A stretch of 64,000 nucleotides of DNA, from NCBI RefSeq assembly GCF_009914755.1, contig NC_060930.1. The stretch is one strand, 5' to 3'. Under the pieces are notes generated by a model. That model had not been told where the DNA came from. It did no database searches and worked only from the letters and a program-made list of their open reading frames with translations. Position 1 is the stretch's first letter; every line of letters starts with the position of its first letter. The translations under genes were made by a program, and so were the position numbers. This document shows positions 52,801-64,000 of this stretch, one piece after another. Source of the DNA: the human T2T-CHM13v2.0 reference genome, Homo sapiens.

Positions 52801-55800
52801 TGTGTGCGTTCATCTCACAGAGTGGAGTCTTCCGTTTGATAGAGAAGTTTTGAAACCCTGTTCTTGTAGGATTTCCAAGTGGATATTTAGACCACTTTGA
52901 AGCCTATGATAGAAAAGGAAACATCTTCATGGAAAACATAGATAGAATCATCCTCAGAAACAACTTTGTGATGTGTGCGTTGAACTCACCGTCTTTAACC
53001 TTTCTTTTGGTAGAGAAGTTTTGAAACACTCTCTTTGTAAAGTCTACAAGTGGATATTTTGAGCCCTTGGAGGCATTCTTTGGAAAAGGGAATGTCTTCA
53101 CATAAAAGGCAGACGGAAGTGTTCTCAGAAACTGCTTTGTGATGTCTGTGTTCAACTCACAGAGTTTAACATTTCCTTTGATAGAGCGGTTTAGTAACCC
53201 TCTCTTTGTAGAATTTGGAAGTGTATACTAAGAGCGCTTTGAGGCCTATGGTAGAAAAGGAAATATCTTTCCATAAAAGCTAGACAGAAGCAATCTCAGA
53301 AACTCCTCTGTGATGTCTGCATTCAACTCACCGAGTGGAACATTCCTCTTGAGAGAGCAGTTTGGAAACACTCTTTCTGTAGAATCAGCTTGTTTGTATT
53401 TGGACCTCCTTGAGGCCTTCGTTGGAAACGGGTTTTCATCTTATAAACCCAGACAGAAGAATTCTCAGAGTCTTCTTTGTGATGTGTGCTTTCAACTCAC
53501 CGAGATAAAGATTTCTCTTGATAGAGCAATTTGGAAACACTCTTTTTGTAGAATTTGCAAGGGTACATTGAGAGCGCTTTCAGGCCTATGGTAGAAAAGG
53601 GAATATCTTTCCATAAAAGGTAGACAGAAGCAATCTCAGAAACTACTTTGTGATGTGTGCATTCAACTCACCGAGTGCAACGTTCCTCTTGACCGAGCAG
53701 TTTGGAAACATTGTTTCTGTAGAATCTGCAAGTGGATATTTGGACCTCTTTGAGGCCTTCGTTGGAAACGGGATTTCTTCCTATAAACCCAGACAGAAGA
53801 ATTCTCAGAGACTTCTTTGTGATGTGTGAATTCAACTCACAGTGTGGATCCTTCCTTTTGATAGAGCAGTTTTGAAACCCTGTTTTTGTAGTATTTCCAA
53901 GCGGATATTTGGAACGCCTTCAAGCGTATGGTAGAAAAGGAAATATCTTCCCATAAAACCTAGACAGAACCAATCTCAGAAACGACTTTGTGATGTCTGC
54001 ATTCAAGTCACAGAGTTGAACATTTCTCTTGATAGAGCAGTTTTGAAACCCTCTTTCTGAAGGATGTGCAAGTGGATATTTGGAACTCCTTTGGGTCTTC
54101 GTTGGAAACGGGATTTCTTCGTATAAATCTAGACAGAAGAATTCTCCGAAACTTCTTTGGTTGTGTGCATTCAAGTCACAGAGTGGAACCTTCCTTTGGA
54201 TAGAGCAGTTTGAAACGCCGTGGTTGTAGTATTTCCAAGCGGATATTAGAGCGCCTTGAGGCCTATGGTAGAAAAGGAAATATCTTCCCATAAAACCTAG
54301 ACGGAAGCAATCTCAGAAACTACTGTGTGATGGCTGCATTCCACACACACGGTGGAACATTTCTCTTGATAGAGCAGTTTTGAAACACTCTTTCTGTAGA
54401 ATCTGCAAGTGGATAATTGGACCGCCTTGAGGCCTTCGTTGGAAACGGGATTTCTTCATGTTACTCTAGATAGAAGAATTCTCAAACACTGCTATGTGAT
54501 GTTTGCATTCAAGTCACAGAGTGCAACATTCCTCTTGGTAGAGCAGTTGGGAAACACTCCTTTTGTAGAATCTGCAATGGGATATTTGGACTTCTTTGAG
54601 GCCTTCGTTGGAAACGGGATTTCTTCGTATGAATCTAGACAGAAGAATTCTCAGAAACTTCCTTGTGATGTGTGCATTCAACTCAGCGAGTGGCACCTTC
54701 CTTTGGATACAGCAGTTTTGAAACACTGTTTTTGTAGTATTTCCAAGCAGATATTTAGAGCGCCTTGAAGCCTATGCTAGAAATGGAAATATCTCCCCAT
54801 AAAACCAAGACAGAAGCAATCTCAGAAACTAATGTGTGATGGCTGCATTCCACACACACGGTGGACCATTTCTCTTGATAGAGCAGTTTTGAAACACTCT
54901 TTCTGTAGAATCTGCAAGTGGATAATTGGACCTCCTAGAGGCCTTCGTTGGAAACGGGATTTCTTCATCTAAACCTACAGAGAAGAATTCTCAGTAACTT
55001 CTTCGGATGTGTGCATTCGACGCACAGAATGGAACATTCCCTTTGATAGAGCAGTTTTGAGACACCGTTTTTGTAGAATTCCCAAGTGGATATTTAGAGC
55101 ACTTTGAAGTCTCTGCTAGAAAAGGAAACATCTTCATGTAAAAAGTAGATAGAATCGTTCTCAGAAAGTGCTTAGTGACGTGTGCGTTCAACTCACAGAG
55201 TTTAACGTTTCTTTTGATAGAGCGTTTCTGAAACACCCTTCTTGTAGTAGCTGCAAGTGGATATTTGGACCTATTGGAGGCCTTCTTTGGAAACGGGATT
55301 TCTTCATGTAACTCTAGATTGAAGAATTCTCAGAAACTCCTTTGTGATGTGTGCATTCAATTCAAAGAGTGAAACCTCCCTTTTCACAGAGCAGTTTTGA
55401 AACACTGTTTTTGTAGGATTTCCAAGGGGATATTTATAGCGCATTGAGCCTACGGCGGAAAAAGAAACATCTTCCTATAAAAACTAGACAGAATACTTCT
55501 CAGAATCTGCTTTGCGATGTGTGCGTTCAACTCACAGAGTAAAACTTTTCTTTTGATAGAGCAGTTTTGAAACACTCTTTTTGTAGTATTTGCATGTGTA
55601 TATTTAGAGCGCATTGAAGCCCACAGTAGAAAAGGAAATAACTTCACCTAAAACCTAGACAGAAGCAATCTCAGAAACTACTTTGTGATGTGTACATTCA
55701 ACTCACAGAGTGGAACTTTCCTCTTTATAGAGCAGTGTTGAAACACTCTTTTTGTAGAAACTGCAAGTGGATATTTGGACCTCTTTGAGGCCTTCGTTGG

Positions 55801-57490
55801 AAACGGGATTTCTTCCTATAACCCTAGACAGAAGAATTTTCAGAAACCTCATTGTGATGTGTGCGTTCATCTCACAGAGTGGAGTCTTCCGTTTGATAGA
55901 GAAGTTTTGAAACCCTGTTCTTGTAGGATTTCCAAGTGGATATTTAGACCACTTTGAAGCCTATGATAGAAAAGGAAACATCTTCATGGAAAACATAGAT
56001 AGAATCATCCTCAGAAACAACTTTGTGATGTGTGCGTTGAACTCACCGTCTTTAACCTTTCTTTTGGTAGAGAAGTTTTGAAACACTCTCTTTGTAAAGT
56101 CTACAAGTGGATATTTTGAGCCCTTGGAGGCATTCTTTGGAAAAGGGAATGTCTTCACATAAAAGGCAGACGGAAGTGTTCTCAGAAACTGCTTTGTGAT
56201 GTCTGTGTTCAACTCACAGAGTTTAACATTTCCTTTGATAGAGCGGTTTAGTAACCCTCTCTTTGTAGAATTTGGAAGTGTATACTAAGAGCGCTTTGAG
56301 GCCTATGGTAGAAAAGGAAATATCTTTCCATAAAAGCTAGACAGAAGCAATCTCAGAAACTCCTCTGTGATGTCTGCATTCAACTCACCGAGTGGAACAT
56401 TCCTCTTGAGAGAGCAGTTTGGAAACACTCTTTCTGTAGAATCAGCTTGTTTGTATTTGGACCTCCTTGAGGCCTTCGTTGGAAACGGGTTTTCATCTTA
56501 TAAACCCAGACAGAAGAATTCTCAGAGTCTTCTTTGTGATGTGTGCTTTCAACTCACCGAGATAAAGATTTCTCTTGATAGAGCAATTTGGAAACACTCT
56601 TTTTGTAGAATTTGCAAGGGTACATTGAGAGCGCTTTCAGGCCTATGGTAGAAAAGGGAATATCTTTCCATAAAAGGTAGACAGAAGCAATCTCAGAAAC
56701 TACTTTGTGATGTGTGCATTCAACTCACCGAGTGCAACGTTCCTCTTGACCGAGCAGTTTGGAAACATTGTTTCTGTAGAATCTGCAAGTGGATATTTGG
56801 ACCTCTTTGAGGCCTTCGTTGGAAACGGGATTTCTTCCTATAAACCCAGACAGAAGAATTCTCAGAGACTTCTTTGTGATGTGTGAATTCAACTCACAGT
56901 GTGGATCCTTCCTTTTGATAGAGCAGTTTTGAAACCCTGTTTTTGTAGTATTTCCAAGCGGATATTTGGAACGCCTTGAAGCGTATGGTAGAAAAGGAAA
57001 TATCTTCCCATAAAACCTAGACAGAACCAATCTCAGAAACGACTTTGTGATGTCTGCATTCAAGTCACAGAGTTGAACATTTCTCTTGATAGAGCAGTTT
57101 TGAAACCCTCTTTCTGAAGGATCTGCAAGTGGATATTTGGAACTCCTTTGGGTCTTCGTTGGAAACGGGATTTCTTCGTATAAATCTAGACAGAAGAATT
57201 CTCCGAAACTTCTTTGGTTGTGTGCATTCAAGTCACAGAGTGGAACCTTCCTTTGGATAGAGCAGTTTGAAACGCCGTGGTTGTAGTATTTCCAAGCGGA
57301 TATTAGAGCGCCTTGAGGCCTATGGTAGAAAAGGAAATATCTTCCCATAAAACCTAGACGGAAGCAATCTCAGAAACTACTGTGTGATGGCTGCATTCCA
57401 CACACACGGTGGAACATTTCTCTTGATAGAGCAGTTTTGAAACACTCTTTCTGTAGAATCTGCAAGTGGATAATTGGACCGCCTTGAGGC

Positions 57491-57507
57491 CTTCTTTGGA
57501 AACGGGA
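57491..57507 (+). other. Mutated CENP-B box private to U20 (G to T at 57495)
   Basis: CTTCTTTGGAAACGGGA where the other 18-mers have CTTCGTTGG (offset 928). Confidence 0.92.
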
Positions 57508-58848
57508 TTTCTTCATGTTACTCTAGATAGAAGAATTCTCAAACACTGCTATGTGATGTTTGCATTCAAGTCACAGAGTGCAACATTCCTCTTGGTAGAG
57601 CAGTTGGGAAACACTCCTTTTGTAGAATCTGCAATGGGATATTTGGACTTCTTTGAGGCCTTCGTTGGAAACGGGATTTCTTCGTATGAATCTAGACAGA
57701 AGAATTCTCAGAAACTTCCTTGTGATGTGTGCATTCAACTCAGCGAGTGGCACCTTCCTTTGGATACAGCAGTTTTGAAACACTGTTTTTGTAGTATTTC
57801 CAAGCGGATATTTAGAGCGCCTTGAAGCCTATGCTAGAAATGGAAATATCTCCCCATAAAACCAAGACAGAAGCAATCTCAGAAACTAATGTGTGATGGC
57901 TGCATTCCACACACACGGTGGACCATTTCTCTTGATAGAGCAGTTTTGAAACACTCTTTCTGTAGAATCTGCAAGTGGATAATTGGACCTCCTAGAGGCC
58001 TTCGTTGGAAACGGGATTTCTTCATCTAAACCTACAGAGAAGTATTCTCAGTAACTTCTTCGGATGTGTGCATTCGACTCACAGAATGGAACATTCCCTT
58101 TGATAGAGCAGTTTTGAGACACCGTTTTTGTAGAATTCCCAAGTGGATATTTAGAGCACTTTGAAGTCTCTGCTAGAAAAGGAAACATCTTCATGTAAAA
58201 AGTAGATAGAATCGTTCTCAGAAAGTGCTTAGTGACGTGTGCGTTCAACTCACAGAGTTTAACGTTTCTTTTGATAGAGCGTTTCTGAAACACCCTTCTT
58301 GTAGTAGCTGCAAGTGGATATTTGGACCTATTGGAGGCCTTCTTTGGAAACGGGATTTCTTCATGTAACTCTAGATTGAAGAATTCTCAGAAACTCCTTT
58401 GTGATGTGTGCATTCAATTCAAAGAGTGAAACCTCCCTTTTCACAGAGCAGTTTTGAAACACTGTTTTTGTAGGATTTCCAAGGGGATATTTATAGCGCA
58501 TTGAGCCTACGGCGGAAAAAGAAACATCTTCCTATAAAAACTAGACAGAATACTTCTCAGAATCTGCTTTGCGATGTGTGCGTTCAACTCACAGAGTAAA
58601 ACTTTTCTTTTGATAGAGCAGTTTTGAAACACTCTTTTTGTAGTATTTGCATGTGTATATTTAGAGCGCATTGAAGCCCACAGTAGAAAAGGAAATAACT
58701 TCACCTAAAACCTAGACAGAAGCAATCTCAGAAACTACTTTGTGATGTGTACATTCAACTCACAGAGTGGAACTTTCCTCTTTATAGAGCAGTGTTGAAA
58801 CACTCTTTTTGTAGAAACTGCAAGTGGATATTTGGACCTCTTTGAGGC

Positions 58849-58865
58849 CTTCATTGGAAACGGGA
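58849..58865 (+). other. Mutated CENP-B box private to U20 (G to A at 58853)
   Basis: CTTCATTGGAAACGGGA at offset 2286. Also visible as FVG to FIG in the ORF at 58832. Confidence 0.93.
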
Positions 58866-61800
58866 TTTCTTCCTATAACCCTAGACAGAAGAATTTTCAG
58901 AAACCTCATTGTGATGTGTGCGTTCATCTCACAGAGTGGAGTCTTCCGTTTGATAGAGAAGTTTTGAAACCCTGTTCTTGTAGGATTTCCAAGTGGATAT
59001 TTAGACCACTTTGAAGCCTATGATAGAAAAGGAAACATCTTCATGGAAAACATAGATAGAATCATCCTCAGAAACAACTTTGTGATGTGTGCATTGAACT
59101 CACCGTCTTTAACCTTTCTTTTGGTAGAGAAGTTTTGAAACACTCTCTTTGTAAAGTCTACAAGTGGATATTTTGAGCCCTTGGAGGCATTCTTTGGAAA
59201 AGGGAATGTCTTCACATAAAAGGCAGACGGAAGTGTTCTCAGAAACTGCTTTGTGATGTCTGTGTTCAACTCACAGAGTTTAACATTTCCTTTGATAGAG
59301 CGGTTTAGTAACCCTCTCTTTGTAGAATTTGGAAGTGTATACTAAGAGCGCTTTGAGGCCTATGGTAGAAAAGGAAATATCTTTCCATAAAAGCTAGACA
59401 GAAGCAATCTCAGAAACTCCTCTGCGATGTCTGCATTCAACTCACCGAGTGGAACATTCCTCTTGAGAGAGCAGTTTGGAAACACTCTTTCTGTAGAATC
59501 AGCTTGTTTGTATTTGGACCTCCTTGAGGCCTTCGTTGGAAACGGGTTTTCATCTTATAAACCCAGACAGAAGAATTCTCAGAGTCTTCTTTGTGATGTG
59601 TGCTTTCAACTCACCGAGATAAAGATTTCTCTTGATAGAGCAATTTGGAAACACTCTTTTTGTAGAATTTGCAAGGGTACATTGAGAGCGCTTTCAGGCC
59701 TATGGTAGAAAAGGGAATATCTTTCCATAAAAGGTAGACAGAAGCAATCTCAGAAACTACTTTGTGATGTGTGCATTCAACTCACCGAGTGCAACGTTCC
59801 TCTTGACCGAGCAGTTTGGAAACATTGTTTCTGTAGAATCTGCAAGTGGATATTTGGACCTCTTTGAGGCCTTCGTTGGAAACGGGATTTCTTCCTATAA
59901 ACCCAGACAGAAGAATTCTCAGAGACTTCTTTGTGATGTGTGAATTCAACTCACAGTGTGGATCCTTCCTTTTGATAGAGCAGTTTTGAAACCCTGTTTT
60001 TGTAGTATTTGCAAGCGGATATTTGGAACGCCTTGAAGCGTATGGTAGAAAAGGAAATATCTTCCCATAAAACCTAGACAGAACCAATCTCAGAAACGAC
60101 TTTGTGATGTCTGCATTCAAGTCACAGAGTTGAACATTTCTCTTGATAGAGCAGTTTTGAAACCCTCTTTCTGAAGGATCTGCAAGTGGATATTTGGAAC
60201 TCCTTTGGGTCTTCGTTGGAAACGGGATTTCTTCGTATAAATCTAGACAGAAGAATTCTCCGAAACTTCTTTGGTTGTGTGCATTCAAGTCACAGAGTGG
60301 AACCTTCCTTTGGATAGAGCAGTTTGAAACGCCGTGGTTGTAGTATTTCCAAGCGGATATTAGAGCGCCTTGAGGCCTATGGTAGAAAAGGAAATATCTT
60401 CCCATAAAACCTAGACGGAAGCAATCTCAGAAACTACTGTGTGATGGCTGCATTCCACACACACGGTGGAACATTTCTCTTGATAGAGCAGTTTTGAAAC
60501 ACTCTTTCTGTAGAATCTGCAAGTGGATAATTGGACCGCCTTGAGGCCTTCGTTGGAAACGGGATTTCTTCATGTTACTCTAGATAGAAGAATTCTCAAA
60601 CACTGCTATGTGATGTTTGCATTCAAGTCACAGAGTGCAACATTCCTCTTGGTAGAGCAGTTGGGAAACACTCCTTTTGTAGAATCTGCAATGGGATATT
60701 TGGACTTCTTTGAGGCCTTCGTTGGAAACGGGATTTCTTCGTATGAATCTAGACAGAAGAATTCTCAGAAACTTCCTTGTGATGTGTGCATTCAACTCAG
60801 CGAGTGGCACCTTCCTTTGGATACAGCAGTTTTGAAACACTGTTTTTGTAGTATTTCCAAGCGGATATTTAGAGCGCCTTGAAGCCTATGCTAGAAATGG
60901 AAATATCTCCCCATAAAACCAAGACAGAAGCAATCTCAGAAACTAATGTGTGATGGCTGCATTCCACACACACGGTGGACCATTTCTCTTGATAGAGCAG
61001 TTTTGAAACACTCTTTCTGTAGAATCTGCAAGTGGATAATTGGACCTCCTAGAGGCCTTCGTTGGAAACGGGATTTCTTCATCTAAACCTACAGAGAAGA
61101 ATTCTCAGTAACTTCTTCGGATGTGTGCATTCGACTCACAGAATGGAACATTCCCTTTGATAGAGCAGTTTTGAGACACCGTTTTTGTAGAATTCCCAAG
61201 TGGATATTTAGAGCACTTTGAAGTCTCTGCTAGAAAAGGAAACATCTTCATGTAAAAAGTAGATAGAATCGTTCTCAGAAAGTGCTTAGTGACGTGTGCG
61301 TTCAACTCACAGAGTTTAACGTTTCTTTTGATAGAGCGTTTCTGAAACACCCTTCTTGTAGTAGCTGCAAGTGGATATTTGGACCTATTGGAGGCCTTCT
61401 TTGGAAACGGGATTTCTTCATGTAACTCTAGATTGAAGAATTCTCAGAAACTCCTTTGTGATGTGTGCATTCAATTCAAAGAGTGAAACCTCCCTTTTCA
61501 CAGAGCAGTTTTGAAACACTGTTTTTGTAGGATTTCCAAGGGGATATTTATAGCGCATTGAGCCTACGGCGGAAAAAGAAACATCTTCCTATAAAAACTA
61601 GACAGAATACTTCTCAGAATCTGCTTTGCGATGTGTGCGTTCAACTCACAGAGTAAAACTTTTCTTTTGATAGAGCAGTTTTGAAACACTCTTTTTGTAG
61701 TATTTGCATGTGTATATTTAGAGCGCATTGAAGCCCACAGTAGAAAAGGAAATAACTTCACCTAAAACCTAGACAGAAGCAATCTCAGAAACTACTTTGT

Positions 61801-62677
61801 GATGTGTACATTCAACTCACAGAGTGGAACTTTCCTCTTTATAGAGCAGTGTTGAAACACTCTTTTTGTAGAAACTGCAAGTGGATATTTGGACCTCTTT
61901 GAGGCCTTCGTTGGAAACGGGATTTCTTCCTATAACCCTAGACAGAAGAATTTTCAGAAACCTCATTGTGATGTGTGCGTTCATCTCACAGAGTGGAGTC
62001 TTCCGTTTGATAGAGAAGTTTTGAAACCCTGTTCTTGTAGGATTTCCAAGTGGATATTTAGACCACTTTGAAGCCTATGATAGAAAAGGAAACATCTTCA
62101 TGGAAAACATAGATAGAATCATCCTCAGAAACAACTTTGTGATGTGTGCATTGAACTCACCGTCTTTAACCTTTCTTTTGGTAGAGAAGTTTTGAAACAC
62201 TCTCTTTGTAAAGTCTACAAGTGGATATTTTGAGCCCTTGGAGGCATTCTTTGGAAAAGGGAATGTCTTCACATAAAAGGCAGACGGAAGTGTTCTCAGA
62301 AACTGCTTTGTGATGTCTGTGTTCAACTCACAGAGTTTAACATTTCCTTTGATAGAGCGGTTTAGTAACCCTCTCTTTGTAGAATTTGGAAGTGTATACT
62401 AAGAGCGCTTTGAGGCCTATGGTAGAAAAGGAAATATCTTTCCATAAAAGCTAGACAGAAGCAATCTCAGAAACTCCTCTGTGATGTCTGCATTCAACTC
62501 ACCGAGTGGAACATTCCTCTTGAGAGAGCAGTTTGGAAACACTCTTTCTGTAGAATCAGCTTGTTTGTATTTGGACCTCCTTGAGGCCTTCGTTGGAAAC
62601 GGGTTTTCATCTTATAAACCCAGACAGAAGAATTCTCAGAGTCTTCTTTGTGATGTGTGCTTTCAACTCACCGAGAT

Positions 62678-64000
62678 AAAGATTTCTCTTGATAGAGCAA
62701 TTTGGAAACACTCTTTTTGTAGAATTTGCAAGGGTACATTGAGAGCGCTTTCAGGCCTATGGTAGAAAAGGGAATATCTTTCCATAAAAGGTAGACAGAA
62801 GCAATCTCAGAAACTACTTTGTGATGTGTGCATTCAACTCACCGAGTGCAACGTTCCTCTTGACCGAGCAGTTTGGAAACATTGTTTCTGTAGAATCTGC
62901 AAGTGGATATTTGGACCTCTTTGAGGCCTTCGTTGGAAACGGGATTTCTTCCTATAAACCCAGACAGAAGAATTCTCAGAGACTTCTTTGTGATGTGTGA
63001 ATTCAACTCACAGTGTGGATCCTTCCTTTTGATAGAGCAGTTTTGAAACCCTGTTTTTGTAGTATTTGCAAGCGGATATTTGGAACGCCTTGAAGCGTAT
63101 GGTAGAAAAGGAAATATCTTCCCATAAAACCTAGACAGAACCAATCTCAGAAACGACTTTGTGATGTCTGCATTCAACTCACAGAGTTGAACATTTCTCT
63201 TGATAGAGCAGTTTTGAAACCCTCTTTCTGAAGGATCTGCAAGTGGATATTTGGAACTCCTTTGGGTCTTCGTTGGAAACGGGATTTCTTCGTATAAATC
63301 TAGACAGAAGAATTCTCCGAAACTTCTTTGGTTGTGTGCATTCAAGTCACAGAGTGGAACCTTCCTTTGGATAGAGCAGTTTGAAACGCCGTGGTTGTAG
63401 TATTTCCAAGCGGATATTAGAGCGCCTTGAGGCCTATGGTAGAAAAGGAAATATCTTCCCATAAAACCTAGACGGAAGCAATCTCAGAAACTACTGTGTG
63501 ATGGCTGCATTCCACACACACGGTGGAACATTTCTCTTGATAGAGCAGTTTTGAAACACTCTTTCTGTAGAATCTGCAAGTGGATAATTGGACCGCCTTG
63601 AGGCCTTCGTTGGAAACGGGATTTCTTCATGTTACTCTAGATAGAAGAATTCTCAAACACTGCTATGTGATGTTTGCATTCAAGTCACAGAGTGCAACAT
63701 TCCTCTTGGTAGAGCAGTTGGGAAACACTCCTTTTGTAGAATCTGCAATGGGATATTTGGACTTCTTTGAGGCCTTCGTTGGAAACGGGATTTCTTCGTA
63801 TGAATCTAGACAGAAGAATTCTCAGAAACTTCCTTGTGATGTGTGCATTCAACTCAGCGAGTGGCACCTTCCTTTGGATACAGCAGTTTTGAAACACTGT
63901 TTTTGTAGTATTTCCAAGCGGATATTTAGAGCGCCTTGAAGCCTATGCTAGAAATGGAAATATCTCCCCATAAAACCAAGACAGAAGCAATCTCAGAAAC
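62678..64000 (+). repeat. HOR unit U22, partial 18-mer truncated by the window end
   Basis: Matches U1 1-1323, including the 506-bp segment absent from the 15-mers. Confidence 0.96.

Larger units (their letters stand above)
19880..62677 (+). repeat. HOR units U8-U21, 14 consecutive canonical 18-mers
   Basis: ORF anchors step by exactly 3057 bp from 20041 to 62839, with no net indels. Confidence 0.97.
1..64000 (+). repeat. D6Z1: Alpha-satellite (alphoid) centromeric higher-order repeat array, 18-mer/3057 bp, most likely human chr6 D6Z1 (S1C6H1L, SF1)
   Basis: ~170-bp monomers carry alphoid motifs (GATAGAGCAGTTTTGAAACAC, TGTGATGTGTGCATTCAACTCACAGAG, CENP-B box). Identical ORF anchors recur at 162, 3219, 5770, 8827, 11884, 14433, 17490, 20041 and then every 3057 bp. 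One GGATCC per unit (340-345 in U1). A ~3-kb BamHI 18-mer is the known D6Z1 organisation. Alpha-satellite identity is essentially certain; the chromosome assignment is from memory. Confidence 0.93.

Noticed and set aside
50450-56563. Shortened ORFs at 50611 and 53920 suggesting further 15-mers or deletions
   Set aside because: Unit spacing remains 3057 bp and the 506-bp segment is present. The truncations come from substitutions that create stop codons.
1-64000. Transposon insertion (L1/Alu), inversion or non-satellite island
   Set aside because: Unit lengths account for every base (3057, 2551 and 2549 bp). The CENP-B boxes I read are all on the + strand, and I saw no poly-A tail or foreign sequence.
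1-64000. Claim that this window is the kinetochore-forming site or a new biological system
   Set aside because: High homogeneity and dense CENP-B boxes fit an active HOR array, but CENP-A position is epigenetic and cannot be read from sequence. Nothing here goes beyond known alpha-satellite biology apart from local variant history.

Overview
The whole 64 kb window is one uninterrupted, head-to-tail, single-orientation array of primate alpha-satellite DNA (~170-bp monomers). It is organised as a 3057-bp 18-monomer higher-order repeat (HOR) with one BamHI site per unit. This matches the active centromeric array of human chromosome 6 (D6Z1 / S1C6H1L, suprachromosomal family 1); that assignment comes from recall of HOR size and monomer type, not from a search. 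Phased to base 1, units start at 1, 3058, 5609, 8666, 11723, 14272, 17329, 19880 and then every 3057 bp to 62678 (U1-U22, the last partial). U2, U5 and U7 are 15-mer variants lacking the same 506 bp. A standard 18-mer has 7 intact and 2 degenerate CENP-B boxes plus 9 A-type (pJ-alpha) monomers. I see no genes, RNA genes, transposons, inversions or CRISPR arrays, and all listed ORFs are repeat artefacts. I find no evidence for a new gene-encoded biological system. The interesting signal is array evolution: a mappable 15-mer crossover inside an internal duplication, SNV haplotypes suggesting 5.6-kb and 6.1-kb multi-HOR duplications, apparent short gene-conversion events, two doublet-to-TT substitutions, and one HOR copy that has lost two CENP-B boxes. 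SNVs were read by eye, so the lists may be incomplete.
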